A stretch of 41,855 nucleotides of DNA from Tolypothrix carrinoi HA7290-LM1 (GTDB lineage: Bacteria; Cyanobacteriota; Cyanobacteriia; Cyanobacteriales; Nostocaceae), in the NCBI GenBank assembly GCA_019358935.1, contig JAHHIK010000071.1, forward strand, positions 1 to 41,855, in the 5' to 3' direction. Positions 29,026 through 40,615 of this stretch are shown piece after piece (the stretch's first letter is position 1; each line of letters begins with the position of its first letter). The position numbers and the translations under genes are program-made. Below the pieces are notes generated by a model. That model worked only from the letters and a program-made list of their open reading frames with translations. It did no database searches and was not told the origin of the DNA.

Positions 29026-29370
29026 GTGAGTATGTCTCAAAACAATGATGAATTACTCCAGATCCAGAAGCTAGCTGAACTTAAACCGAAGCATTTTGCT
29101 GACTTAGTTAGAGCTGCACAATTGATTTACGATCCGACAGCGGGACTTTCTGGTAGACATTTAAAAGTTGACTGGCAAGATTTCGGTGTTCCTTTGGATG
29201 TCGTGGACAATCTGAAATTACTTGGTCAGAAGTATCAATATGCATCTCCCCATGTACCAGTTGAAATTGTTTGGAGTCAATTAACTCCAGAAACTCGTAT
29301 TTGGTTTGTGGAAAATAAAGATAGATTGTGGCAATTTGAGGAAGCTTTTCCGGCACTTGATGAAGATTAG
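29026..29370 (+). CDS. Hypothetical protein
   Basis: 114-aa ORF with protein-like composition; start could be ATG at 29032. Confidence 0.7.
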   Translation: MSMSQNNDELLQIQKLAELKPKHFADLVRAAQLIYDPTAGLSGRHLKVDWQDFGVPLDVVDNLKLLGQKYQYASPHVPVEIVWSQLTPETRIWFVENKDRLWQFEEAFPALDED

Positions 29371-29576
29371 GTGTAGGGTGCGCTCTTGACATTCGTTAAG
29401 AGCGCACCTGACAATGATTTTATGTTTAATTTGGTTAGGCTACTTATATCAAATCGGTTGGGGTCAGGATTATATTTTTTTAACGCAAAGGTGCGCGGAG
29501 GGTAACGCGGAGGTACGCGGAGTTTTAAGAGGAGGATATTTATTTATTCAATTGCAACCAAAATTGATATTACAAT

Positions 29577-30089
29577 TTAAGTTAAAGGTGCTGACAATTC
29601 TCGCAATTTAGTTAAGACTTGTTCAGCATGATTTTTTGGTTTAACAATTGACCAAGTATAGGCAATGATTCTATTAGGTGAAATTAAAAAAGTTGACCGC
29701 GCTACACCCATATATTCTTTGCCCATAAATTTCTTTAATCGCCAAGCGCCATAAAGTTCTGCTAAATGATGTTCTTGGTCGCTTAATAAGGTGATTGACA
29801 AGTTATATTTGTTAATAAATCGACAATGAGATTTACCATAATCTGTGCTTACTCCTAAGATTTTGGCTTTTAGTTGATTGAATTCTTGGCTCAAGTCAGT
29901 AAAGTCTTTCGCTTCAACAGTACATCCAGGTGTGTCATCTTTGGGGTAAAAGTAAAGCACAACCCATTGTTCGGAGAAATCAGTGAGACTAAGTTGATTG
30001 TCGTCTTGGTCTAGTGCGGTGAAATTAGGTGCTTGTTGTCCGGGTTGGGGAATGTTGTTCTGTGAATTGGGCGATCGCAGTGGTTCCAT
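29577..30089 (-). CDS. bcp: Peroxiredoxin Q / BCP
   Basis: VVLYFYPKDDTPGCTVEA, GVSTD, RSTFLI. Confidence 0.92.
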   Translation of the reverse strand: MEPLRSPNSQNNIPQPGQQAPNFTALDQDDNQLSLTDFSEQWVVLYFYPKDDTPGCTVEAKDFTDLSQEFNQLKAKILGVSTDYGKSHCRFINKYNLSITLLSDQEHHLAELYGAWRLKKFMGKEYMGVARSTFLISPNRIIAYTWSIVKPKNHAEQVLTKLRELSAPLT

Positions 30090-30169
30090 AAATTAAAAAT
30101 ATCGCAACTTATAGCTCAAAGAACGCTTCTAATGTTAAATCTAGTATCGTTGAGCGATAAAAAATCAAC

Positions 30170-31216
30170 GTGAAAGCACAGGTATTTAGAGGCGTTAATC
30201 AACTCTCTTACGAAGATATCCCAGTTCCAGAACTCTCACCGGATGAAGTTTTGGTACAAGTGCGGGTAGTCGGGTTGTGTCAGTCGGATATCAAAAAGAT
30301 TCGCTATCCGCTATATGAACCACCGCGCATCTTTGGACATGAAACGGCAGGAACGATCGCCGCAGTCGGTGATGAAGTGAAAAATTGGCAAGTAGGACAA
30401 CGGGTGGCAGTAATGCACCACATCCCTTGTATGCGTTGTGCGTACTGCCTCAATGATAATTTCTCAATGTGCGATGTTTACAAAAACATTTCCACCACAG
30501 CCGGGTTTAATGCTAGTGGGGGTGGTTTTGCGGAGTATGTCAAGGTTCCCGGTCATATTGTGCGATCGGGTGGATTGATTTTGATTCCTGATAATATAAG
30601 CTTTGAAGAAGCAAGTTTTGTAGAACCGACTAACTGCTGTTTGAAGGCGGTAAAAAAAGCTCAGATTATTCCCGGTCAAACGGTTTTGGTTACTGGTGCA
30701 GGACCAATTGGGCTAATGTTTGTTATGTTGGTGAAGTATTTCGGAGCAAAAGCGATCGCCACTGACTTACTGCCCTCTAGAATTGAAAAAGCTTTAAATG
30801 TCGGTGCAGAAGCCGCATTTGATGCCCGCGATCCCGATTTACCTGCTAAAATTCAAGCACTAACCGATGGGATGGGTGTTGATGTCACCCTGCTAGCGGT
30901 TCCCAGTGATAAAGCTTTCTTTCAAGCTCTTGATTGTACCCGCAAAGGTGGAAAAATCGTCTTTTTCGCCGAGTTTCCCGATGAAATGGAAATTCCCATT
31001 AACCCAAACATTCTCTACCGCCGCGAGATTGACTTGATGGGCAGTTATAGTTCATCATATCGCTTGCAAAGCCTAGCAACTGATATAGTGTTTAATCGAC
31101 GCATCGACGTATCCGCATTAATTAGCGATCGCTATCCCCTACAAAAATTATCTCAAGCTGTAGAAATTGCGATCGCACCCACCCCGGAAACGTACAAGAT
31201 TTTGATTTATCCCTAG
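30170..31216 (+). CDS. Zinc-dependent (MDR-family) dehydrogenase
   Basis: GLCQSD, GHE, CxxCxxC..C, EP, GAGPIG. Confidence 0.93.
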   Translation: MKAQVFRGVNQLSYEDIPVPELSPDEVLVQVRVVGLCQSDIKKIRYPLYEPPRIFGHETAGTIAAVGDEVKNWQVGQRVAVMHHIPCMRCAYCLNDNFSMCDVYKNISTTAGFNASGGGFAEYVKVPGHIVRSGGLILIPDNISFEEASFVEPTNCCLKAVKKAQIIPGQTVLVTGAGPIGLMFVMLVKYFGAKAIATDLLPSRIEKALNVGAEAAFDARDPDLPAKIQALTDGMGVDVTLLAVPSDKAFFQALDCTRKGGKIVFFAEFPDEMEIPINPNILYRREIDLMGSYSSSYRLQSLATDIVFNRRIDVSALISDRYPLQKLSQAVEIAIAPTPETYKILIYP

Positions 31217-31286
31217 TTTTGGAAGGGGGACAAGGAGGACAAGGGGACAAGGGAGACAAGGAGGACAAGGAGGAATTTCTCCCCCA

Positions 31287-31533
31287 TCTCCCTTGTCTGC
31301 CTTGTCCCCCCCCTCTCCCTTGTCTGCCTTGTCCCCCCCCATCTCCCTTGTCTGCCTTGTCCCCCCCCTCTCCCTTGTCTGCCTTGTCCCCCCCCATCTC
31401 CCTTGTCTGCCTTGTCCCCCCCCTCTCCCTTGTCTGCCTTGTCCCCCCCCATCTCCCTTGTCTGCCTTGTCCCCCCCCATCTCCCTTGTCTGCCTTGTCC
31501 CCCCCCTCTCCCTTGTCTGCCTTGTCCCCCCCC
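31287..31533. repeat. Nine tandem 27-28-nt units TCTCCCTTGTCTGCCTTGT-C8(-A)
   Basis: 9 x 27 + 4 single A = 247 nt; no spacers. Confidence 0.92.
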
Positions 31534-31547
31534 TCTCCCCCATCCAA

Positions 31548-32936
31548 ATGTTTACAATTTTTGTCACCCTACTAGCTTTATACGTTGCTTTCAACTTGGG
31601 AGCAAATGATGTTGCTAATGCGATGGGAACTTCTGTGGGTTCCAAGGCTGTTACTCTAAGACAGGCTTTGATAATTGCTGGGGTGTTAGAGTTTACGGGT
31701 GCTGTATTGTTTGGGCAAGAGGTATCAGAAACACTGGCAACGAAAATCGCCAATCCCGCTTTATTTGTCGCTGCACCGCAAATGCTTTTAACTGGGATGG
31801 TGACGGTGTTAATTGCGTCTGGGGTGTGGTTGCAAATTGCCACCTCACGCGGTTTACCTGTATCATCTTCTCATGCGGTTGTTGGTGCGATCGCTGGATT
31901 TAGTTGGGTAGCTTTGGGAGTTAACGCGATTGATTGGTCTTCAATTAAGTTAATTACCCTAGGCTGGATTGTCACCCCCCTGATAAGTGGTGCGATCGCC
32001 GCTTTGTTTTACAGTCAAGTTAAGCGCTGGATTCTCGATCAACCTAATCAGATAGCGCAGTTAAAAGAGTGGATTCCTTGGTTGAGTGCATTGCTGCTGG
32101 GGATATTTGGAGTAATTGTCCTACCCTCTTTGAGTCAACCTCTGACAAATTTTTTAATTGAGCAATTTAATTTAAATATACCTGCTCACGACATCCCAAT
32201 TTTCACAGGTGCTGTAGCAGCAGTGGGACTGACTTTCTATAGCTTACGAGAATTGGAAGACAAGGGGACAAGGGGACAAGGGGACAAGGGGACAAGGGGA
32301 CAAGGGGACAAGGAGGACAAGGAGGACAAGGAGGACAAGGGGGATGAGGTGAATTTTCTTCCTTGTCTCCCCCTCTCCCCCTCTCCCCCTCTCCCCCTCT
32401 CCCCCACTCCCGACTCCCCACTCCCCAATCCCATCGAACGCTTATTTGGGAAATTTCAACTTTTGAGCGCTTGCTTTGTGGCATTTGCTCATGGTTCTAA
32501 TGATGTGGGGAATGCGATCGCTCCTTTGGCTGCGATCGTTTACATTAATACTACTGGCGCAGTTCCAATAAATGGCATTACGATCCCCATCTGGATTTTA
32601 ATACTTGGCGGTGTTGGTATTGTCGCTGGTTTAGCGATTTGGGGCAAAAAAGTTATCGCTACTATTGGCGAAAGCATCATTTCCCTACAACCTAGCAGCG
32701 GATTCTGCGCCGAACTCGCCACAGCCACCACCATCTTACTTGCCTCCCGGTTGGGTTTACCCGTTTCCACCTCCCATGCCCTCGTTGGCGGCGTGGTTGG
32801 CATCGGACTAGTGCAAAATCTCAAGTCGATTCAATTCCAAACTCTCCAAGGAATCGCCGCTGCATGGCTTATTACAGTCCCCCTCAGCGCAGCCCTCAGC
32901 GCTGCCATCTTTACACTGCTGAATGCTAAGTTCTGA
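31548..32936 (+). CDS. Inorganic phosphate transporter (PiT family) with an in-frame repeat insertion
   Basis: GANDVANAMG, GLPVSSSH, HGSNDVGNA, GLPVSTSH; start at ATG 31548 (upstream ORF extension is repeat-derived). Confidence 0.93.
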   Translation: MFTIFVTLLALYVAFNLGANDVANAMGTSVGSKAVTLRQALIIAGVLEFTGAVLFGQEVSETLATKIANPALFVAAPQMLLTGMVTVLIASGVWLQIATSRGLPVSSSHAVVGAIAGFSWVALGVNAIDWSSIKLITLGWIVTPLISGAIAALFYSQVKRWILDQPNQIAQLKEWIPWLSALLLGIFGVIVLPSLSQPLTNFLIEQFNLNIPAHDIPIFTGAVAAVGLTFYSLRELEDKGTRGQGDKGTRGQGDKEDKEDKEDKGDEVNFLPCLPLSPSPPLPLSPTPDSPLPNPIERLFGKFQLLSACFVAFAHGSNDVGNAIAPLAAIVYINTTGAVPINGITIPIWILILGGVGIVAGLAIWGKKVIATIGESIISLQPSSGFCAELATATTILLASRLGLPVSTSHALVGGVVGIGLVQNLKSIQFQTLQGIAAAWLITVPLSAALSAAIFTLLNAKF

Positions 32937-32940
32937 GTCA

Positions 32941-33100
32941 GGAGTGGGGAATGGGGCATGGGGCATTGGGCATTGGGCATTGGGCATTGGGCATTGGGCA
33001 TTGGGCATAGGTAATAGAAAGAAATTGTCCCCCTTGCCTCCCCTGCCTCCCCTGCCTCCCCTGCCCCCCCTGCCCCCCCTGCCTCCCTGCCCCCACTCCC
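32941..33100. repeat. STRR-like (GGGCATT)n and (CCCCTGCCT)n repeats
   Basis: Seen directly; similar blocks at 35958-36030, 36140-36250 and 38378-38517. Confidence 0.9.
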
Positions 33101-33648
33101 AAAGCAGGGCATTTGGCACAAAGGCTTTTAATTCAGTAAAATGATTTTCAGGCAAAGGGAATATTTTTATTCCCACCAAAGAATATTTTCATCCAGATTT
33201 GGGATGAAAGGTGTAACGCAATTGACATTCTACATAAATTTACAGATAGGTTTGAGAATTTCGACAATTGCATTAAGCCAAACGTAAAAAACGCAGAAAT
33301 CCGTAAGTCATTGATAATTGCTATTGCCGCTAAAAGAATAGATATCTATTTTTGATGATATTTTATCCGGATAAAAATATCACTTGAAACTAGCTGATTT
33401 CAATAGAACTTACAGAATAGTAGTCTGTGATGCACCAATTAATGGGAATCTCGTGTATCAAATGTCAAAACAGTAAAGCAAATTATCCGGTTTGCGGTTT
33501 GCTGTGTTGAGCATCACGCAATTAAGTTAAAACGCATAAGTCCTGTTAAAATTTTTAGTTTATCTGACAAAATACAGGAAATACTATGAGTGCCAAGCAA
33601 TTGCACAAAAAGCTGCATTATCGTCAAGGGGTCAGAGGTTAAAGACTA

Positions 33649-35958
33649 ATGGGGCGATTTGAGAACCGACCAGAAAACCCGCGTGCAAGAGGCGAAATAT
33701 CTAGGGCAGCAGAAACTGCCTTGTGGGGTGTAGTTGAGGATTTGCAAAGCCTTCAGCAGAATATGCTCAAATCCTTACAAGAAGATATAAGTAGGCTGGA
33801 GTCAGACAAGAAACACTTAGCTGATGAGATTAAACGGCTGCAAACCGAAAAAGAACAGCTACAACAGACGAAGCAAATAACTGAACAACAAGCTTTGGTA
33901 CGTCAGTTGGCGCAAGTTTTAGCAAATCACATATCTTCTCAATTACAATCTTCACTTTCGGCTTTAGCTAATCAAGCAATCGAGCGCGATTTAAACCAAG
34001 GAAATGCGATCGCCTCACATGAGGCTAACAGTAATATTGTTACAGAAATTAATAAAAATACCGAGCAACTGATTGGCAGTCTAGATGATACCCTAACTAT
34101 CACCTTGAAGTTACTCCAACAAGAGTTAAATAACCATCAAAGTGGTATTTCTCAACAGTTGTCTCGGATGCAAAGCCGACAGCAGCAAGGGGAAGCGATG
34201 TTGGCAGAATTAACCAATCGGCTTAACAAGGAACTGGAAAAAAAAAGTTTAATTACACCAGTTACCCCAACGAAGTCTGTTGAGTTGACAGTTTCTGAGC
34301 AAAAACAGCAAAATGTCATAAACACTTCTCCAGCCAAAGAAGTCAAAAAACCCGCCGAACCACTTTCTGTTATTCCTAAAGAAACATCGACCAACGGAAC
34401 TACATTATCTGTATCTTCTGTACCAGAAAAAGAAGTCAAAAAACCCACCGTTGAGCCAACTTCTGTTATTCAATCGGAAACATCGAGCAACGGAACTACA
34501 TTATCTCAGTCTTCTTTGCCGGCACCAGAGGTTAAGAAACCCCCCGAAGCAACTTCTGTTGTTCCCAAAGAAACATCAAGCAACGGAACTACATTATCTC
34601 AGTCTTCTTTGCCGGCACCAGAGGTTAAGAAACCCCCCGAAGCAACTTCTGTTGTTCCCAAAGAAACATCAAGCAACAAAACTACATTATCCCAGTCTTC
34701 TTTGCCGGCATCAAATAACACTTCGGCAAAACCACCAGAGGTGAAAAAAGACCCGAAAGAGCCAATTTCTGTTCTTTCCAGGGAACTAAGCGACGCTACA
34801 TTACCCCCATCCCCTCCGCCAGAAATCAAGGTAAAGCCAAAAGAGGTGAAAAAAGACCCGAAAGAGCCAATTTCTGTTCTTTCTAGGGAACTGAGCGAAA
34901 CTACACCATCTGGTTCTCGTCAGCCACAACGAGTGTCCCGTGGTGCTGGAGCCTTACCACCCATGCAAATGGGTTTATTGCTGATTCTATTTTCAACGGT
35001 GTTGTCGTCGCTTTACAACGTCGCTATTAAGGCAATTTTTCAGCCAAATTCCCTAATTTTGGGTGCGTTTCAAGTTGAGCAGTTGATATCGCCGACGTTG
35101 GGAAATTCTCTGTTAATTTTGATGCTGAGGATGATGGTGGTTGTACCGCTAATGTTAGTTTTAGCGCCGATGATGCATCAGCGAGTGTGGCAAGATTTAC
35201 ATTCCTTGGCTGGGTCAGTACGGGGAAATCCTTCTCCGACGAAAGCAAGTACGCGACAGGTGTTGATATTGTCGGTTGTGAGTGGATGCTTTTTGTTTTT
35301 GTCTCAGTTGCTGATTTACTTAGCGATTGGACAAGTACCAACGGGGATGGCGATCGCGCTTTTCTTTATTTATCCGATGATTAGCGGATTATTATCTTGG
35401 TTTTTGTTTCGCGATCAACCAACATTATTTCGTATCGGTGCGATCGCCGTGATTTTTATCGGTGAATTGTTGATGTTGGGTGGGTCAGCTGGTGCCGGTA
35501 TTGGTAATAACTATGTAGGAAGTATGAGTGCGATCGCTTCTGGAGTGAGTTTCGCTATTTACGTAATTCTGACGCGGATTTGTGCTGCTAAATTGCATCC
35601 TGTCACATTTACTTTAATTAACTTCGCTACTATGCTATGCTTGTGCTTCATCGGTTTGATGTTGCCTTTACCAACTAGCTCAAGTTTGATAGTTGATCCC
35701 AATCGCTTATTAGAACTTATCTTAAGCGCTTTTATCTTGGGTGTAATGACCCTGGCATCTTATGTGTTGAATAACGTGGGAATTAGCAAAGTTAGTGCAA
35801 CCCGTGCAGCGATATTCGGAGCCAGTGTCCCAGTTTTAACCGTGATTTTTGCCGGCTTAATTATTCAGGAAACCTTATCAATCGTTCAGGCTTTAGGAAT
35901 CTTGCTAATTACTTTTGGTGCAGCCGCATTTAGCTTAGAAAGAATACGCGCATCGTAG
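33649..35958 (+). CDS. sepJ: Septal junction protein SepJ (FraG)
   Basis: N-terminal coiled coil, Pro/Ser/Thr-rich linker, C-terminal DMT/EamA permease; directly upstream of hetR. Confidence 0.93.
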   Translation: MGRFENRPENPRARGEISRAAETALWGVVEDLQSLQQNMLKSLQEDISRLESDKKHLADEIKRLQTEKEQLQQTKQITEQQALVRQLAQVLANHISSQLQSSLSALANQAIERDLNQGNAIASHEANSNIVTEINKNTEQLIGSLDDTLTITLKLLQQELNNHQSGISQQLSRMQSRQQQGEAMLAELTNRLNKELEKKSLITPVTPTKSVELTVSEQKQQNVINTSPAKEVKKPAEPLSVIPKETSTNGTTLSVSSVPEKEVKKPTVEPTSVIQSETSSNGTTLSQSSLPAPEVKKPPEATSVVPKETSSNGTTLSQSSLPAPEVKKPPEATSVVPKETSSNKTTLSQSSLPASNNTSAKPPEVKKDPKEPISVLSRELSDATLPPSPPPEIKVKPKEVKKDPKEPISVLSRELSETTPSGSRQPQRVSRGAGALPPMQMGLLLILFSTVLSSLYNVAIKAIFQPNSLILGAFQVEQLISPTLGNSLLILMLRMMVVVPLMLVLAPMMHQRVWQDLHSLAGSVRGNPSPTKASTRQVLILSVVSGCFLFLSQLLIYLAIGQVPTGMAIALFFIYPMISGLLSWFLFRDQPTLFRIGAIAVIFIGELLMLGGSAGAGIGNNYVGSMSAIASGVSFAIYVILTRICAAKLHPVTFTLINFATMLCLCFIGLMLPLPTSSSLIVDPNRLLELILSAFILGVMTLASYVLNNVGISKVSATRAAIFGASVPVLTVIFAGLIIQETLSIVQALGILLITFGAAAFSLERIRAS

Positions 35959-36731
35959 GGACAAGGGGGCAGGGGGCAGGGGGCAGGGGGCAGGGGGCAG
36001 GGGACGCAGGGGGAGCAGGGGGAGCAGGGGTTTCACAAAAAGTAGACACTCCCTATCCAGCCTTGTTTACTAGATCCTCGATCCCCCACGACATTTTACA
36101 GATGTTGGCTGTCCATTTTTGTCCTGGTGAGCGCCCAAGGGAGGCAGGGGGAGCAGGGGGAGTTAAAATTACCAATGCCCAATGCCCTATGCCCAATGCC
36201 CGATGCCCTATGCCCAATGCCCCATGCCCCATGCCCAATGCCCCATACCCGACGCAGTTTTCATAACTTAACAAAAATCAGCTTTTTTTGACAAAGCTAT
36301 ACTTCATTCACAACACAGCTAATTGACAAACTGTTGTATCTTAAATGCTGCAAGCATCTGTAGTTACTTTTAAAGTAAGAAGCTCCTAGCTAGACCATTC
36401 GTCCTCATGCGAAAATGCAATTAATGGTAGTGTTGTAGAAGTGAAACAAGCTCAAAAACTGCATATATTCCTCTTTAGCGCCCCATAAATTTTTTGTGGG
36501 GATCAAATCGACCGTATTGAGATTTGCGGATGTTCTTGAGGTTTAAGTAAGATGCATTCTTTAACTATACTAACATTAATAGCTGTGTCTGTGTGTTATA
36601 AAGTACGGGTAATTTTCCGTCATACTACCAAGAAGACTCAGAAATAACGCATAATTAAATAATCTGAAGTGAAGATATTGCCTTCAGTCGGGTGTATACT
36701 ACTTACTTTCCTTTAGCTGATAACTGTGTAA

Positions 36732-37655
<924 letters not shown>

Positions 37656-37692
37656 TAATCAACAGCGATTAGCAAATGAAGCGCTAATCGCT

Positions 37693-38316
37693 TTAATTTC
37701 TGGGGGGATTCGTGGGAATTGGGGTACTCTCAAAAACTGGTTGGATATTTTGCTGCGATCGCGTTGTTGGTATAAACGAAGGTAAATAACCGCTAACCGC
37801 TCGGTCACTCGCATCAATACAATTATCCATCGCTTGCACAGGAGCAGAGTCAGTTTCCGCACGCAAACCCACAACACACTGAGCGAAACGCACTGGCAAC
37901 AAACTGCGACTACAGTAATTTAAAGCAGCCTGGTTCACAGCCTCTTTAACATTTGCACTAATACCGACCACACAAACGGCTAAATCTTCCGGACGCCTTG
38001 CTTGGTTACAAGATGCGAGTGCATCCGTCGCTGCAATTTGCGTTTGTTTCTGAATTCTCGACACGCACAAAGACAACTCTTTCGGACGCAGTGCGTTTGC
38101 ACAACCTTGGGAAGCTGCATCAGGAGTTACGCCGACACTTAAAAGGCGACCGGCACAAACACGGTAATCATTCGCGTAAGAGGCAGTGACAGCCATACCA
38201 GGTAAAGGCATTGCCATCCATCCAGCTACAGCCAAAGCTGGTGCGAACAAGCGAATTGTTTGATTTTTTAACTTACCTAAGGCATAACTTACGTGTTTAT
38301 TCGGACTAGTGCTCAT
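37693..38316 (-). CDS. Cys-patterned, probably secreted hypothetical protein
   Basis: Signal-like segment and repeated C...RP..L..CV units; start uncertain (38316 or 38337). Confidence 0.75.
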   Translation of the reverse strand: MSTSPNKHVSYALGKLKNQTIRLFAPALAVAGWMAMPLPGMAVTASYANDYRVCAGRLLSVGVTPDAASQGCANALRPKELSLCVSRIQKQTQIAATDALASCNQARRPEDLAVCVVGISANVKEAVNQAALNYCSRSLLPVRFAQCVVGLRAETDSAPVQAMDNCIDASDRAVSGYLPSFIPTTRSQQNIQPVFESTPIPTNPPRN

Positions 38317-38616
38317 TTTTTTTGCGATCGCTAACATTGCCATTCTCCAAACACCCAAGCATATGCTATCTCAAATTTGGGAATGGGGAATGGGGCAATG
38401 GGCATCGGGCAATGGGCAATGGGCAATGGGCAATGGCGAATAGGCAATGGGCTGGGAATGAGAGATTTTTTCCATGCCCCATGCCCAATGCCCCATGCCC
38501 AATGCCCCAGTCCCCAATTTGATATAAAAATTCATAATTTATGGAAATAATGTTTTCTACCTATTTATAATGGAATGTCTGGGTAAAATTAAACAGGATT
38601 TAGATTAAGGAAACAC

Positions 38617-39225
38617 ATGTCCCGATATAGAGGACCACGCCTCAGAGTTACTCGCCGCTTAGGTGACTTACCAGGATTAAGTCGTAAAAGCGCTAGACGC
38701 GCTTATCCCCCTGGTCAGCATGGTCAGAACCGCAAGAAGCGCTCTGAGTATGCCATCCGTCTAGAGGAAAAGCAAAAGCTCCGCTTCAACTACGGTCTGA
38801 CCGAAAAGCAATTGCTACGTTATGTACGCAAAGCTAGACGTGTTACCGGTTCTACCGGACAAGTGCTGCTGCAATTGTTAGAAATGCGCTTGGATAACAC
38901 CGTTTTTCGCATGGGTATGGCTCCCACCATTCCTGCGGCTCGTCAGTTGGTAAATCACGGTCACGTAACCGTTAACGGTCGTCCCGTGAATATTGCCAGC
39001 TATCAGTGCCGTCCCGGAGAAGAAATTGCGGTGAGAAACCGCGAAAATTCGCGCAAGTTGGTAGAAGCTAATTTGCAATATCCCGGTTTAGCTAACCTTC
39101 CCAATCATCTAGAGTTTGATAAAAACAAGATGCAAGGCAAAGTTAACGGTGTGATTGAGCGTGAATGGGTGGCACTACAAATTAACGAACTGCTCGTGGT
39201 TGAGTATTACTCACGTCAAGCTTAA
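38617..39225 (+). CDS. rpsD: 30S ribosomal protein S4
   Basis: [38 protein letters not shown]. Confidence 0.99.
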   Translation: MSRYRGPRLRVTRRLGDLPGLSRKSARRAYPPGQHGQNRKKRSEYAIRLEEKQKLRFNYGLTEKQLLRYVRKARRVTGSTGQVLLQLLEMRLDNTVFRMGMAPTIPAARQLVNHGHVTVNGRPVNIASYQCRPGEEIAVRNRENSRKLVEANLQYPGLANLPNHLEFDKNKMQGKVNGVIEREWVALQINELLVVEYYSRQA

Positions 39226-39305
39226 GGAGTTAGGAGTTAGGAATTAGGAGTTAGGAGTTAATATCTTTCAACTCATAACTCATAACTCATAACTCATAAC
39301 TTTTT
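39224..39305. terminator. Inverted heptamer repeats forming a probable bidirectional terminator
   Basis: (AGGAGTT)n facing (AACTCAT)n, then a T-run, between convergent rpsD and moaA. Confidence 0.6.
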
Positions 39306-40292
39306 TCATCCGCCAATTTGCGACATGGTGCGAGAATAAACACCGATTGTTCCCGTGTCGCGTCCTTTAAAGTTGATTTCTGGCTTTATTGCCAATAAAT
39401 GTCTAACCTGCTCTCGCAATTTGGCGGTGCTGACACCTGCACGGAGAGCAGTTTTCAAATCAAGTTGCTCGCTTTCATTTAATAAACAAGGACGCAGCCA
39501 GCCATCTGCACTCAAGCGCATCCGGTTACAGCGATCGCAAAAACATTCTGACATCTGACTGATAAATCCCAGTGTCCCCTTCGCACCCGGAATTTGAAAT
39601 ACATCAGCAGGTCCGTTACCACAAACTTGCGATTCTGTCAAACCCCAACGTTCGCGGATTTGTTGGCGCAACTGTTCTGAAGAAACCCAACCGCGATCGC
39701 CAAATAATTGCGAATTGCCAATCGGCATAAATTCAATAAATCTAACGTGCCACTGTTTGTCAATGCTCAAAGCGGCAAGATCCAACACTTCATGGTCATT
39801 GACGCCAGGAATAATTACTACATTGAGTTTGAGCGGGTTGAATCCCACATGATATGCTTGTTGAATCCCTTTCCAAACATCTTGCCATCGAGAACGTCCG
39901 CGATTGCCGATAATTTGGTCAAATATATCAGGGTCGAGAGAATCTAAGCTAATATTAATGCGTCGCAGACCTGCATCGTAAAGGTTTTGCGCCATTGACG
40001 CGAGTAAAAAGGCGTTGGTTGTCATCGAGAGGTCTTGAGTTTGGGGAAGAGATGCGATCGCCCTCACCAAATCCACCACATGCGGACGTAACAGCGGTTC
40101 TCCCCCAGTCAAGCGAAAGCGAGTAAAACCAACGGGGATAAACACCTCTTGAATTAGGGTGAGTAGTTCCGCATCAGTTAATAGCTGTTGCTTGAGGATA
40201 TAGTCTAATTCTGCCCCTTCCGGCATACAGTATTGACAGCGAAAATTACAGCGATCGATTAAACTTATTCTGAGGTAATCTACCTGGTTCAT
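39306..40292 (-). CDS. moaA: GTP 3',8-cyclase MoaA
   Basis: [46 protein letters not shown]. Confidence 0.98.
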   Translation of the reverse strand: MNQVDYLRISLIDRCNFRCQYCMPEGAELDYILKQQLLTDAELLTLIQEVFIPVGFTRFRLTGGEPLLRPHVVDLVRAIASLPQTQDLSMTTNAFLLASMAQNLYDAGLRRINISLDSLDPDIFDQIIGNRGRSRWQDVWKGIQQAYHVGFNPLKLNVVIIPGVNDHEVLDLAALSIDKQWHVRFIEFMPIGNSQLFGDRGWVSSEQLRQQIRERWGLTESQVCGNGPADVFQIPGAKGTLGFISQMSECFCDRCNRMRLSADGWLRPCLLNESEQLDLKTALRAGVSTAKLREQVRHLLAIKPEINFKGRDTGTIGVYSRTMSQIGG

Positions 40293-40432
40293 AATTTTAT
40301 AGATTTATCTTCTAGTCTTGATTCACAAGACGCGATTTTTGTCCAGCTATACAAGCTTGCTTGATAAATTTTATTTACATGCTTTTAAGCTAACGTGAAT
40401 TTAGCTTGATTGTGGATTTGACACAACACAAT

Positions 40433-40564
40433 CCGCCATAGGTTATAAACCTATGGTTAACAGCGCTCATTCCTATAAATAAAACTAAATACTCGCTACC
40501 GTATGAATTTCAGTCCATTTTAATGGACTTGGGCTATTAGCCTAGGACTTGCAGTCCTAGGCGG
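40433..40564. repeat. REP-like multi-hairpin element
   Basis: CCATAGGTT/AACCTATGG, AGTCCATT/AATGGACT, CCTAGGACT/AGTCCTAGG; CCGCC/GGCGG ends. Confidence 0.7.
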
Positions 40565-40615
40565 GATTGAAAGCCAATTGAGAGTAGTGCAAAATGTAGA
40601 CTAATTTTTCGCACT

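Noticed and set aside
31287..31533. CRISPR array
   Set aside because: Units are contiguous with no unique spacers, and no cas genes are present.
31122..31609. Several overlapping ORFs and the 85-aa N-terminal extension of PiT
   Set aside because: Stop-free translations of the tandem array; low complexity in all frames.
32808..33179. ORFs with MPNAQCP or WALGIGH repeats (also 36053-36274, 38322-38522, 15925-16137)
   Set aside because: Translations of heptamer tandem repeats.
36525..36625. TGCGGA as a DIF1 motif and GGGTAATTTTCC as a HetR box upstream of hetR
   Set aside because: Both are mismatched to consensus; plausible but not supportable without TSS data.
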